Made by a program: the position numbers and the translations under genes. A stretch of 64,000 nt of DNA from Deferribacterales bacterium. GTDB taxonomy: Bacteria; Chrysiogenota; Deferribacteres; Deferribacterales; Geovibrionaceae. The DNA is taken from NCBI GenBank assembly GCA_050251945.1, contig JBFWLW010000006.1:96039-160038 (forward strand), written 5' to 3'. Shown piece after piece: positions 9,515-19,056 of this stretch. Every line of letters starts with the position of its first letter. Positions within the stretch are counted from its first letter, which is position 1. Below the pieces are notes generated by a model. The model was not told where the DNA came from and searched no databases. It saw nothing but the letters and a program-made list of their open reading frames with translations.

Positions 9515-10264
9515 TTATTTAAGTAAATTTACGAATTCTGATATATCAACTTTTATTTCCGATTGTGTCTGAAAATTCTGCCATTCTGCGGCAAGATGCA
9601 TTATTTCAACACTGCGGTTGTAAAAATCTTCATATTTTATCAAAGATGTCAGAACCTTTATATATGCTTCCGTTCCGTTTGCACCGGAAGAATATATCCC
9701 GAATATGGAATCATAATTCTTAAGTCCTGAGTAATATACCTGTATGATATCAAGCGGGGAATTTATCTTCATCCCCTGCTTTTCTGCAAGCCAGAATATA
9801 AAAGCGTGCCTGCTTTCAAAATTTATTTTTAAGCTGTTAAAAAAGCCCATGGGCATAAAGCCTATCGGCGACCCGAACATTGAGAGTTTGCCAAGATTTG
9901 CGAGGAAGAAAAAGAATCTGTTGGTACTGTTAATAAAAATATCCGAACGGTACGCGTAAACATAGCCTTTGTCTTCAACATTGATGATTCTGTCCTTATT
10001 TCCGCGGCGGATAAGTTCACGCCCGATATCTGACGTACCGCTGTCCGCAAAAACAACATTCTCATTAACTTTAAAAGCCGCCTCCAGTACATCGCAGAAG
10101 ACGGGAACAGATGCGTCGTCGAGGTCCTCACAACCGAGCACCTTCATTCCGGTTCCAGAGCTGTAAGGCTCAAATCCTGACACATTTCCGCTTTTGATCG
10201 AATAAACGATACAGGCGTTTTCAACGTCTTCTTTATATTTGTTAAGTGATTCAGGCGAGATCAT
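9515..10264 (-). CDS. Hypothetical protein (249 aa)
   Basis: Long ORF with RBS, in operon and overlapping the upstream gene; no motif recognised. Confidence 0.65.
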   Translation of the reverse strand: MISPESLNKYKEDVENACIVYSIKSGNVSGFEPYSSGTGMKVLGCEDLDDASVPVFCDVLEAAFKVNENVVFADSGTSDIGRELIRRGNKDRIINVEDKGYVYAYRSDIFINSTNRFFFFLANLGKLSMFGSPIGFMPMGFFNSLKINFESRHAFIFWLAEKQGMKINSPLDIIQVYYSGLKNYDSIFGIYSSGANGTEAYIKVLTSLIKYEDFYNRSVEIMHLAAEWQNFQTQSEIKVDISEFVNLLK

Positions 10265-11645
10265 TTTCTTTCCATGAATCTTTTATTTTTGACAGCAATT
10301 CCTGTTTTGTATACTTCTTAAGCCCTGCGGGTCTTTTAACCGGAAAGCCGTAACGCTCTGCTTCCGGCAGGCAAAAATAAGGTCTCATGTTCGCAGGATC
10401 GTAACTTTTCTCAAACAGTTCATTGCCCTCGCGAATAAAAACACCCCAATTTCTTGCAACTGTCCAGCCTTTATATATTTGCGGAAGTTCCACGGCAGAT
10501 TTCAGTAACGCCGCCGTTTCCGCCATTACGTGCCTGATCTCATCACTCTGCGTCTTGATCAGATAATAATCTATCGATTCGTTTTTCAATTCAGATTTCG
10601 CGATACACCTGCAACCTTCTATGCTGCCTGTGACAAAATCATCGTAAATAAGCACTTCTCTGAACTGCTCCGTAAAATCGGGATTTGACGCTAGGCATCT
10701 GTTTTCTCTGCTTGCCGGCATCAGAAGAATGGTTTTATCTCTGTAGTCCCCTCTTGGAATGTTAAAGTTCGCTCTTCGCAGAAATACAGGCGCAAATTTA
10801 TGGTCATACAAAACAGACATAAGATGATCATTATCAAAATAAGTCGGATTTCCAAATCCGTACGCAATGAAAACACCGTCAGGCTTAAGTTTTTTTGATA
10901 TGAGTTCCAGATAATCAAGAAGAGCATCCACTGAGAACTCCAGCAGATTGGCATTTGAGAAAATAATATCGTAACTGATACCGGAGTTTTTCAGAACGTT
11001 CAGTTTCCACCACGGATACTGGACACATCTTTTTTCCGTTTCCACACTTTCGATGTACTGTTCCTGCGGGATATACACGTCGCTATTTCTTGTATAAAAT
11101 CCGTCACAGGAAAAATTCACCTCAGCGGCAGTCTGCCTGAAACCGCTGCCGTAAAGATATGTATTCTGATAATGGTTAAGCATATAAAAGCTTTCACAGG
11201 CTTCCACCTGATGATAACTTATTTCATTATGCCTGCTGAGATAAAACGCCAGCAATCCGTTGCCCGGACCTATATCAAGTATATTCCGGTTAGGCATCTT
11301 CATTATAAGGTTATAGAGCAGCAAATCTTTCAGCATGTTCTCAAACGGAACTATGAGAGGTCTGACATCAAAATGCTGCCTCTGGAATCTCAGAACATCC
11401 ACCGCAACACTGACAAGAATTTCAAGCTCTTTGTCTGAAAGTCCGCCAAGCTCGTCCATTATGGGGGCATATATCCCTTCTGACATAGTGTTCAGTATCT
11501 GTCTTAAATGAGAGATATTTTTCACCCGTACGGGGTAACCGTTCTTTTCAAAAACATCAAGCGAGTGGCGCGCCTTTTCACGCCAGTTGCTAAGCAGTCT
11601 GGAATGCAAATCTTCGTTTTCTCTGTAAAGGTTTATATCAAGCAT
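10251..11645 (-). CDS. SAM-dependent methyltransferase, putative sugar O-methyltransferase, with an inserted Rossmann-like segment
   Basis: ILDIGPGNG, YDIIFSNANLLEF, KLKPDGVF. ATG 11645 (MLDINLY) preferred. Confidence 0.7.
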   Translation of the reverse strand: MLDINLYRENEDLHSRLLSNWREKARHSLDVFEKNGYPVRVKNISHLRQILNTMSEGIYAPIMDELGGLSDKELEILVSVAVDVLRFQRQHFDVRPLIVPFENMLKDLLLYNLIMKMPNRNILDIGPGNGLLAFYLSRHNEISYHQVEACESFYMLNHYQNTYLYGSGFRQTAAEVNFSCDGFYTRNSDVYIPQEQYIESVETEKRCVQYPWWKLNVLKNSGISYDIIFSNANLLEFSVDALLDYLELISKKLKPDGVFIAYGFGNPTYFDNDHLMSVLYDHKFAPVFLRRANFNIPRGDYRDKTILLMPASRENRCLASNPDFTEQFREVLIYDDFVTGSIEGCRCIAKSELKNESIDYYLIKTQSDEIRHVMAETAALLKSAVELPQIYKGWTVARNWGVFIREGNELFEKSYDPANMRPYFCLPEAERYGFPVKRPAGLKKYTKQELLSKIKDSWKENDLA

Positions 11646-12420
11646 TCTGTTCACCTGAAATAACACGGTTTAAGACGCTTTCTTCATAAGCTTTTCTGAC
11701 ATACAAAGCATCCACCCAGCAGGTTTTACCAAGTCTGATATTCTTATAGATATGTGATATGTCGTAAAGAGCGTAACCGAAAGGGATAATATGCGATTCG
11801 AGAGCATAGAAGGAGTTGCCTTTCCCGTAAAGGTCATCGAAAGACAGCTCGGTGAGAATAATATCCACTCTGCCTGCTCCGATCATTTCCGCCGCACCTT
11901 TCAGCACCTCGTTTTCAAACCCCTGCACATCTATCTTAAGCAAGTTGATATGCCCGATACCGTTTTCCCTGCAATAGCCGTCGATGGTGAGAACCCTGCA
12001 CTCCTGCGTATTTGCAGGCTGTGTGAGACATCTGTTCACTTTCTTATGGCTCTGTGATCTGACAGCCATTGAATCGCTTGATATCCTGTTAAAGCTGTTC
12101 GCCGTCGATTCTTCATATTTATAAAGGGTTATAATATCTTCGGACGCTCCCAGCCCCGCGTTTACGGCTGTTACATCCCGATAATCCGCGCATTTGGACT
12201 TCAGAATATCAAAACAATCTGAATCCGGTTCAAAAGAGTGGATGACGGCATCCGGCACTTTTTGTTTAAAACCGGCGACGCTCTGCCCGATATTCGCGCC
12301 CACGTCAAAAATGACCGGTTTATCAATATCCTTCAGAAGCAGATCAAATATCCTGTCTCTGTTAAAGAAGCTTTTATCCAGCTCGTTTATTTTATATATT
12401 TTATATTTTCCAAATCTCAA
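11638..12420 (-). CDS. FkbM-family methyltransferase
   Basis: IFDVGANIGQ, HSFEP, LLKIDVQGFENEVLKGA. Confidence 0.92.
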   Translation of the reverse strand: MRFGKYKIYKINELDKSFFNRDRIFDLLLKDIDKPVIFDVGANIGQSVAGFKQKVPDAVIHSFEPDSDCFDILKSKCADYRDVTAVNAGLGASEDIITLYKYEESTANSFNRISSDSMAVRSQSHKKVNRCLTQPANTQECRVLTIDGYCRENGIGHINLLKIDVQGFENEVLKGAAEMIGAGRVDIILTELSFDDLYGKGNSFYALESHIIPFGYALYDISHIYKNIRLGKTCWVDALYVRKAYEESVLNRVISGEQNA

Positions 12421-13208
12421 GAAAGCACCCCGTTTTTATGCATCATATGTCTTTTTCGCACCCATTCGTCAAAATGAGACATGTCGCGGCACGGCGAAAA
12501 ATCGTATTTCTTTACGGCTTTATCAATAGACAAACTGAAAAAAGGTTTAGGCGTATTTTTACGGTCAACAAAAGAAGACGATCCCGTGACAGCAACTACC
12601 TTCTCAGCCATACCGCCGAGCGTTGTGACCGCTCCAGTTCTCAGATTAACTATATCAAAACCTTCAAGCGGACGCAGTACAGAAATAAAACCGGCTATTT
12701 CATTTACACTTATAAAATTACTGAACTCTTTGTCACTGTTGTATAAAACAATATCTTCGTTCCTCTCTGCCCGGCAGAATATGCGGGATGGAAGGTTTGT
12801 AGTATTTTTTAGACCAAGAACGGCAGGGATGCGCAGGCATAGAGCGTTTATCCCGCTCTCTCTTATCATGGATTCTCCCATGAGCTTGCTGGCACCGTAT
12901 AAAGACGCTTCATAACAGGGTGAATCCTCCGTAAGAACACCCGACGGATTGTCCCCGTATACGGACGCCGCCGAAAAGAAGATAAAATCGCGTACCTTAC
13001 CGGATAGGCATTTATCAAGGATTTCCTGCAGATAGACTAAATTTGACGTAATTATATCCGTTGCGGATGACGGCGGCGATTTCGCTGCCATGTGAAAAAC
13101 CCTGTCCGCTTCGGAAATGTTTCCGGTTATCTCCGCTCCCTCAGAACGCAGAACCTCCGCCAGCATAGACCCGACGTCGCCCTGATCGCCTGTCAGAAAC
13201 AGTTTCAT
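12417..13208 (-). CDS. NAD-dependent epimerase/dehydratase (extended SDR)
   Basis: LTGDQGDVG, HMAA, FSAASVYG, YGASK. Confidence 0.88.
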   Translation of the reverse strand: MKLFLTGDQGDVGSMLAEVLRSEGAEITGNISEADRVFHMAAKSPPSSATDIITSNLVYLQEILDKCLSGKVRDFIFFSAASVYGDNPSGVLTEDSPCYEASLYGASKLMGESMIRESGINALCLRIPAVLGLKNTTNLPSRIFCRAERNEDIVLYNSDKEFSNFISVNEIAGFISVLRPLEGFDIVNLRTGAVTTLGGMAEKVVAVTGSSSFVDRKNTPKPFFSLSIDKAVKKYDFSPCRDMSHFDEWVRKRHMMHKNGVLS

Positions 13209-14279
13209 TTAGACAAACCTCAGATGTTCTCTGTCGGCATCAAGATATTCCAGTATCATCCTGTTCTTTTCGTTGGCAACACAGTGGTGCGAACAGACAT
13301 GCGACGGATTTATCTTAAAAAACTTATCTTTGTCAGAGAACCAGAAGTCTTTGAATCTGATATCTTTTATGCTGCCGATAAGCGCTTCGGAAATATTGTA
13401 CGCTTTGTCCTGACAAGGATAAACGTTCTGGTCTGCTCCGATAACAGGAAGTATCTGAAGAAACGGACACCAGTTATATGATTTTGAAAAAGATTCCAGC
13501 TGAGTGTGATAAGCTTCAAAAACCTCAAAAGAATCATCTTCCAGCGTATTTTTAACTTTCAGACACTCTGCTTTTGCTTCATTGAATATTGAGCTGTGAT
13601 ATTCGTTGTTCTCCGCACCGCTGTTGCTCACTATACATGGGGAAAGCTTGATGCTGTCCGCTCCCAAATCCTTCATTTGTGAAGCAAAATCATATATATG
13701 CCTGTAGTTTTTGTTATCTATTATAAAAGAAAGACCGAGAAAGCACCTGCCGTTCAGTTTTTTGAATTCAGATATATTCTTGATGAGCTTGGAAAATTCG
13801 CCTTCTTTCACAGACCTGTATTCGGAGTAGCTTTTATCATCCCACCCGTCAACTGAGATGCGAAGCCATGAAGCGTAATGTGCAAAATATTCAGCGGGTT
13901 TTCCTTTGAGCATGGATCCGTTTGTAAGCGCTGCGAAACGGATATCCGTTTCTGAAAGCGCTTTAAGAACATCCTCGAAATACGGATAACTGAAAGGTTC
14001 GCCGCCGCCGCTGAACGTTATCGCTTTAACGCCCATTTCGGCACAGTCTTCAATGATCTCAAGCATCTTTTTCCGTGGTATCATGTCCTTGACATTCATA
14101 TCCTGCCCCAGCTGCAAATTCTCCGACCTGTAGGCACAATACCAGCAGTTGTGATTGCATCTGTTGGTGGGTTTTATGCGGATATGCACAGGGGCAAGAA
14201 CAGCAGGATTTTCAGCAGGCAGAGAATCCAGTTTATCCTTAAAATGAAATATTTTATATTTTGTATATTTCTGACTCAT
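13209..14279 (-). CDS. Radical SAM/SPASM protein (paralog of 4961-6022)
   Basis: PTNRCNHNCWYC, SGGGEP, LTNG; CPF...GADQNVYPC...CSHHC. Confidence 0.9.
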   Translation of the reverse strand: MSQKYTKYKIFHFKDKLDSLPAENPAVLAPVHIRIKPTNRCNHNCWYCAYRSENLQLGQDMNVKDMIPRKKMLEIIEDCAEMGVKAITFSGGGEPFSYPYFEDVLKALSETDIRFAALTNGSMLKGKPAEYFAHYASWLRISVDGWDDKSYSEYRSVKEGEFSKLIKNISEFKKLNGRCFLGLSFIIDNKNYRHIYDFASQMKDLGADSIKLSPCIVSNSGAENNEYHSSIFNEAKAECLKVKNTLEDDSFEVFEAYHTQLESFSKSYNWCPFLQILPVIGADQNVYPCQDKAYNISEALIGSIKDIRFKDFWFSDKDKFFKINPSHVCSHHCVANEKNRMILEYLDADREHLRFV

Positions 14280-14282
14280 ATA

Positions 14283-15167
14283 TTATTCCGCTTTTTTATT
14301 AACGAACAGATAGTTGCTCATATCTTTGTTATGCATAAGTTCTGAGTTCTCTTTCAATTCCAGAACATAACCGAGTTCTTCAAAAAACCGGAAAACATGC
14401 TCATGCTCTTTCATGCTGATATCCAGTTCGATATAGACCTCTTTTGCTTTCAGAAGTGTTTCCTTCATTCCTGCCAGAACTTTAGGCTCGTTGCCGTCAA
14501 CGTCAATTTTTATTTTTGTGGGGACCGGCGCATCGTATAGCTTTATAAAGTCATCTATGCTCATAGTAAGGCATTGCATGGTAAAAGACTTTTCTTTGTT
14601 GATATTATAAGGCGGTTCCCCGCCGACGTTATTGAAAGCTCCGCCTTTGGTGAACTCGCGTACAAAAAAAGTTTCCAGCCCTGTACCGCTGTCCGCAGCC
14701 AAAGGAACTATGGTGCACCTGTCCAGTATCCCGTTCATAAAAAGATTTTCATAAAGAACCTGAACGTTGTTCAGTTCCGGTTCAAAGCTGAACACACGCA
14801 GTTTTTTGTGAACAGCGGCAGAATAAACGGAATACATGCCTACATTTGCCCCTATATCATAGAAAACGTCGTCGTCTTTAAAGCCGTTTATCCAGTCGAT
14901 GATCATGCGTTCTTCGTCAAAAAGCGATTTGGCACGCCACAGAAGCCTTCCGTGGTCGCTTTTAAAAAGTGCCGTGCTGCCTCCGCCAAGATCCACCTCT
15001 ATACACGAATGAAGCTTCTGCCTCAATTCAATTGCCAGCCTGTTGTTTGAGTTGAGCCTGAACAGAAATATTATAATATCCGCCGCTCTTCTCAGTATCC
15101 TGACAGCAATATTCGGTTTATAGCCGAACTGGGCATGTTTCTTAGGATTTGTATCAAAAATTCCCAT
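14283..15167 (-). CDS. FkbM-family methyltransferase
   Basis: FYDIGANVGMYS, FSFEPE, IKIDVDGNEPKVLAG. Confidence 0.92.
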   Translation of the reverse strand: MGIFDTNPKKHAQFGYKPNIAVRILRRAADIIIFLFRLNSNNRLAIELRQKLHSCIEVDLGGGSTALFKSDHGRLLWRAKSLFDEERMIIDWINGFKDDDVFYDIGANVGMYSVYSAAVHKKLRVFSFEPELNNVQVLYENLFMNGILDRCTIVPLAADSGTGLETFFVREFTKGGAFNNVGGEPPYNINKEKSFTMQCLTMSIDDFIKLYDAPVPTKIKIDVDGNEPKVLAGMKETLLKAKEVYIELDISMKEHEHVFRFFEELGYVLELKENSELMHNKDMSNYLFVNKKAE

Positions 15168-15180
15168 TATATAGCTCCAC

Positions 15181-16242
15181 TCAATTTTTTCCGTAGCACG
15201 ATTTGCAGATCATAGGGATATCACCTTTAAGATGTGTCTTTCTGAACTCTTCAAAAACTTCGCCAAACCATAGTTTGTTAAAATCTTCATATCTCCCCAG
15301 ATTCATAATGGACGGATCGGCTATTATGCAGCAGGGAACGATATATCTGTCTGAAGTGAGCAAAAATCTTTCAAAAGGCCAGAAACATATATTCTCATCG
15401 GAAAATCTGTCGGCAGCGAACCAGAAAGTGAGTTCCACCCCGCAGTCCGACGCTTTTTCTGTGACATTTTCTATCCATTCGCCGCCCATGTTGAAAAGCC
15501 GCTGCCCTTTGTTATCAACGGCAACGCTTGAGGTATTGAACCAGTCGCGCAGTTCCAGACTCATGGTAAGTCTTTTAAACCCCATCTCGGCGGCAATTTC
15601 AACAAGACCCGCCGCCTCGTGAATATTCTGCTGCTGAAGAACGCTCCACATGCGGGTCATATCAATGCCGGTTTCTCTGCAATACCCGTTAAGCTTCTTA
15701 CAATTATCAACTATCCTGTTAAAATCGGCGCCTGTTCTTATCTTTTCAAACGTCTCTTTTGTTGCGCCGTCAAATGAAACCTGCAATTCTCCGACATTCG
15801 CGTCTATGATCCTTTTATAGTTTTCATTCAGGTGCAGAACGGAACCGTTGGTAGTTGTCCTGACCCAGATATACCTTTCGGAAGCATATTTGACCATGTC
15901 AGGAAATTCTTTCTGCAAAAAAGGTTCGCCTATCCCCTGTATCTTTATTTCAACAAGTCCGTACTGGTCGTCAATAAAACTCTTAAAATCATCCAGCGAG
16001 AGATCCTCCGCTCTTGAATATCTGCCGTAAGACGGAAACAGACAATGGGCGCACCTGAAATTACACCTGCTGACGTTCTCAATGTCCGCTTTAACAGGCA
16101 TGTAATCCACTTTGACCTTTTTCCCTGATGCTTTAAATTTCGTATAATTTTCAAGGCGTTCAGGATATTTTTCAAATCCGGAGTTCATCATGGCGTCATA
16201 TCTGACGGAGTCTGGCTTTGGGACAGGCAAAGAGAATTTCAA
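15181..16242 (-). CDS. Radical SAM/SPASM protein
   Basis: CNFRCAHC, QGIGEP, TTNG, SFDG; CFWPF...VPCC...CKSC. TTG start with AAGGTG RBS. Confidence 0.9.
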   Translation of the reverse strand: MKFSLPVPKPDSVRYDAMMNSGFEKYPERLENYTKFKASGKKVKVDYMPVKADIENVSRCNFRCAHCLFPSYGRYSRAEDLSLDDFKSFIDDQYGLVEIKIQGIGEPFLQKEFPDMVKYASERYIWVRTTTNGSVLHLNENYKRIIDANVGELQVSFDGATKETFEKIRTGADFNRIVDNCKKLNGYCRETGIDMTRMWSVLQQQNIHEAAGLVEIAAEMGFKRLTMSLELRDWFNTSSVAVDNKGQRLFNMGGEWIENVTEKASDCGVELTFWFAADRFSDENICFWPFERFLLTSDRYIVPCCIIADPSIMNLGRYEDFNKLWFGEVFEEFRKTHLKGDIPMICKSCYGKN

Positions 16243-16292
16243 ACTGCACCTTTTATAAAACGGAATATTTTCTGAAATTTCATTACAAAAAC

Positions 16293-16321
16293 ATATTATA
16301 TTTTATCGGATACAATATCAA
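16293..16321 (-). promoter_or_regulatory. Putative sigma70 promoter for the leftward island operon
   Basis: Minus-strand TTGATA (16321-16316) followed by TATAAT (16300-16295) or TAATAT (16298-16293) in the AT-rich divergent gap. Confidence 0.4.
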
Positions 16322-16448
16322 TAATATAAGGCTCCGATGATTTATCAGTGACCAAAATCAAACGTGACAATACATGCTTTTTATATTATTTTCAAAAAAC
16401 CATATTATTAATATAAATCAGCAAAAACAAATCTGAGAGAAAATTATC

Positions 16449-17840
16449 ATGCAAAACAGCAATTCATCAATATTCGCCAGTTCGCACCCGAAATGCGGTA
16501 CAAACCTTCTGCAGGCTATTCTCTCCGCAATAACAGGATACAGAGATTTTTTCGACTGTTTTGAAGATTATAAACAGACACTGCATGATATGGTCATTGA
16601 GCAATACGGCACAAAGCCCGTTGACCACGAAAACATGATAGAGATAGGAGCCCGTGTCTTTTTTAAAGAAAACGGTCTCGATGTCACACTAAGACTTGAA
16701 AGAGAGAACAAGCAATACGAATTTTTCACAATTTTTCTGGATTTTGATTTCGTCAAAAATATCCTCGGCGCCGATCCGTTCTTCTATGCGCACCACGCGG
16801 CACCAGCCGATTTTATTAACAGTAAATTCGGCAGTCTCGTTAAACATAAAATATTTATCATAAGAGATTTCAGAGATGTCGTAAATTCATACAACAAATT
16901 TGTAACCCAATCCGAAGCACACTATAACCTCATGAACGTTTTAAACGATTACGACAGCTTTCAGAAGATCCAGTATTTTAATCTGGACAGATTTCATTAT
17001 CTTGCTGGCACATGGAAGCAATATGTTACGCAATATCTTGGCATGAAAGATAATATGCTGTTCATCAGATATGAAGACCTCGTAAGCTCCCCCGAAAAAG
17101 AAATAAAAAAACTTGCAGATTACATAGGACAAGATATAGACGACGCAAAAATTGCAGATATCATCTCGAAATATATGAATGTCAACCTTGCTGACGTTGA
17201 AAGCTACCACAAATTTTTCAGACATTATTCAGGTTCTGAGAAACGAACGGGTGAGTGGAGCCTCTTTTTCAATGATTATCTCACTGAAAAAGCCAAAGAA
17301 CTGGTCGGCGACCTGCTTGTGGCACTTGGATACGAAAATGACAGCAGCTGGACTCAGGAAAAACATTCACTCCCCCAACTATCTGATTTCAAAGTAAGGC
17401 TCGACAATGCATGCAGGCATTACGATCTCGAATTTTCCAGAACAAATGCTGTCATGTATATCAAAAATATAAATTCCATCATTGCTGATAACAAAGTCGT
17501 TTTTTACGGTGCAGGCTCTTATATGCAGCGTCTGCTGAAGGTGTTGGATCATAAAGAAAACATCATGTTTTGCGTGGACGACAATGCGCAGAAACTCGGA
17601 AGCCGGACAGGGGAACTCCCTGTTTATGATAATAAAGCGCTGATAGAAAAATTTATGGATTATGATCTTGTAATGCTCACCGTAAACCATGAGTACAGTT
17701 TCAATCTCCGGCATAATCTAAATCAATTTGAGTTTCCGTCCTTCAAAGTTCTCGATATCTTCAATCATGACATTGACATACTGACTCTGTCAGACACAAA
17801 CATACTTATGCTGAAACAAGAGTTATACGGTAATGGATAA
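16449..17840 (+). CDS. PAPS-dependent sulfotransferase with C-terminal Rossmann-like domain
   Basis: 5'-PSB motif SHPKCGTNLL, 3'-PB motif IRDFRDVVNSY, IRYEDL, GEW...F; C-terminal VVFYGAG...VDDN. Confidence 0.85.
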   Translation: MQNSNSSIFASSHPKCGTNLLQAILSAITGYRDFFDCFEDYKQTLHDMVIEQYGTKPVDHENMIEIGARVFFKENGLDVTLRLERENKQYEFFTIFLDFDFVKNILGADPFFYAHHAAPADFINSKFGSLVKHKIFIIRDFRDVVNSYNKFVTQSEAHYNLMNVLNDYDSFQKIQYFNLDRFHYLAGTWKQYVTQYLGMKDNMLFIRYEDLVSSPEKEIKKLADYIGQDIDDAKIADIISKYMNVNLADVESYHKFFRHYSGSEKRTGEWSLFFNDYLTEKAKELVGDLLVALGYENDSSWTQEKHSLPQLSDFKVRLDNACRHYDLEFSRTNAVMYIKNINSIIADNKVVFYGAGSYMQRLLKVLDHKENIMFCVDDNAQKLGSRTGELPVYDNKALIEKFMDYDLVMLTVNHEYSFNLRHNLNQFEFPSFKVLDIFNHDIDILTLSDTNILMLKQELYGNG

Positions 17841-19056
17841 ATCGTATATTAAATTTCTGAATAAATACTCCGGCATGGAATTCAATGAAGATTACCACTC
17901 TGAGGAGACTCTCCGTTTCATAAACAGCCTGAACACGCACTCAGACAAGAAAAAGATACTAATCTTCGCCTCATACGATCTTCCTGTCGATCCTTTTCGT
18001 CAATATATGCCTTTTTTATGTGACAGTTTCGACTTTTTCATAATTTTTTCCAATTCGGTTCAGAACTCGCCCGAACTGCAATCGGCAAAGGATTTCACCA
18101 CTATCAGAAACAATTATGCACAGCTTAAGCAGATACTTGAACACGGTTCTTACGATCTGATACTCTTAGCGAACATAAACCTTTACTGGCAATGGCGGTT
18201 CAGCTTTGTAAAAACTTTCGCAAAGGCACCTGTAATCTGTTACGAAAGAGACTTCATGACAAAAATGCATGTCAGAAACACGGACGAAATGGCTCTTCTG
18301 CTCCATGGAAAAAGAGAATATGCAGAATTCATCATGGAAACAGGGGACAACCTTCTGAAAAATGCAGACGGCATAGTGTGCCACTTCTCAGACACTGCCG
18401 TAAAGATGCTGAACAGACACAACAGCAATATATACAGCTATATACCTGTGTGGTCTTCAAACCATGCGGAAACCGCTGTCACAACCTCTGAAAACAAGCT
18501 TGTATACGGCGGTTCACTCACGCCGGAAGGAGACAGAACCCCCCACGGAACATTCGGAAACCTTCTTCCGATCTTCTCATCTTTCACCAAACATGCAGAA
18601 GTGGATATATTTGTCAGAACCGAAGACAGAGAAACTGACTGGCAAAACTACAGAAACTGCCCTCAGATTAAAGTTTTCAATAACATCGGCTATGATGAAT
18701 ACATAAAAACCATATCAGGAAATTATCTTGCTGGATTGTGCGTCATGAATTTCAGCCGCATAAATGAGACGTCAAACATCGCTTATAAATATATTTTTGT
18801 TACGAAGATATTCGCATATCTTGCCGCAGGTCTTCCCGTCATAATATCTTCGGAATATGATTCCGCGGCTTCATTTTTAACAGAGAACGGGCTTGGAGTT
18901 GCATATTCCAATCAGGACATCTTTGCCGATGACTTTTTTCCGGACATTGACGCTATCCGTAAAATCGGGAAAAACGTCAGTGAATTTGATTTCAACGCCC
19001 TCTTGATGAAGCAGAAAGAACAGTTTCTGGAAATATTCAGCAAAACCATGCTTTAA
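17833..19056 (+). CDS. GT-B fold glycosyltransferase (GT4-like)
   Basis: ADGIV, LVYGGS, KIFAYLAAGLPVI, GLGV. Confidence 0.72.
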   Translation: MDKSYIKFLNKYSGMEFNEDYHSEETLRFINSLNTHSDKKKILIFASYDLPVDPFRQYMPFLCDSFDFFIIFSNSVQNSPELQSAKDFTTIRNNYAQLKQILEHGSYDLILLANINLYWQWRFSFVKTFAKAPVICYERDFMTKMHVRNTDEMALLLHGKREYAEFIMETGDNLLKNADGIVCHFSDTAVKMLNRHNSNIYSYIPVWSSNHAETAVTTSENKLVYGGSLTPEGDRTPHGTFGNLLPIFSSFTKHAEVDIFVRTEDRETDWQNYRNCPQIKVFNNIGYDEYIKTISGNYLAGLCVMNFSRINETSNIAYKYIFVTKIFAYLAAGLPVIISSEYDSAASFLTENGLGVAYSNQDIFADDFFPDIDAIRKIGKNVSEFDFNALLMKQKEQFLEIFSKTML

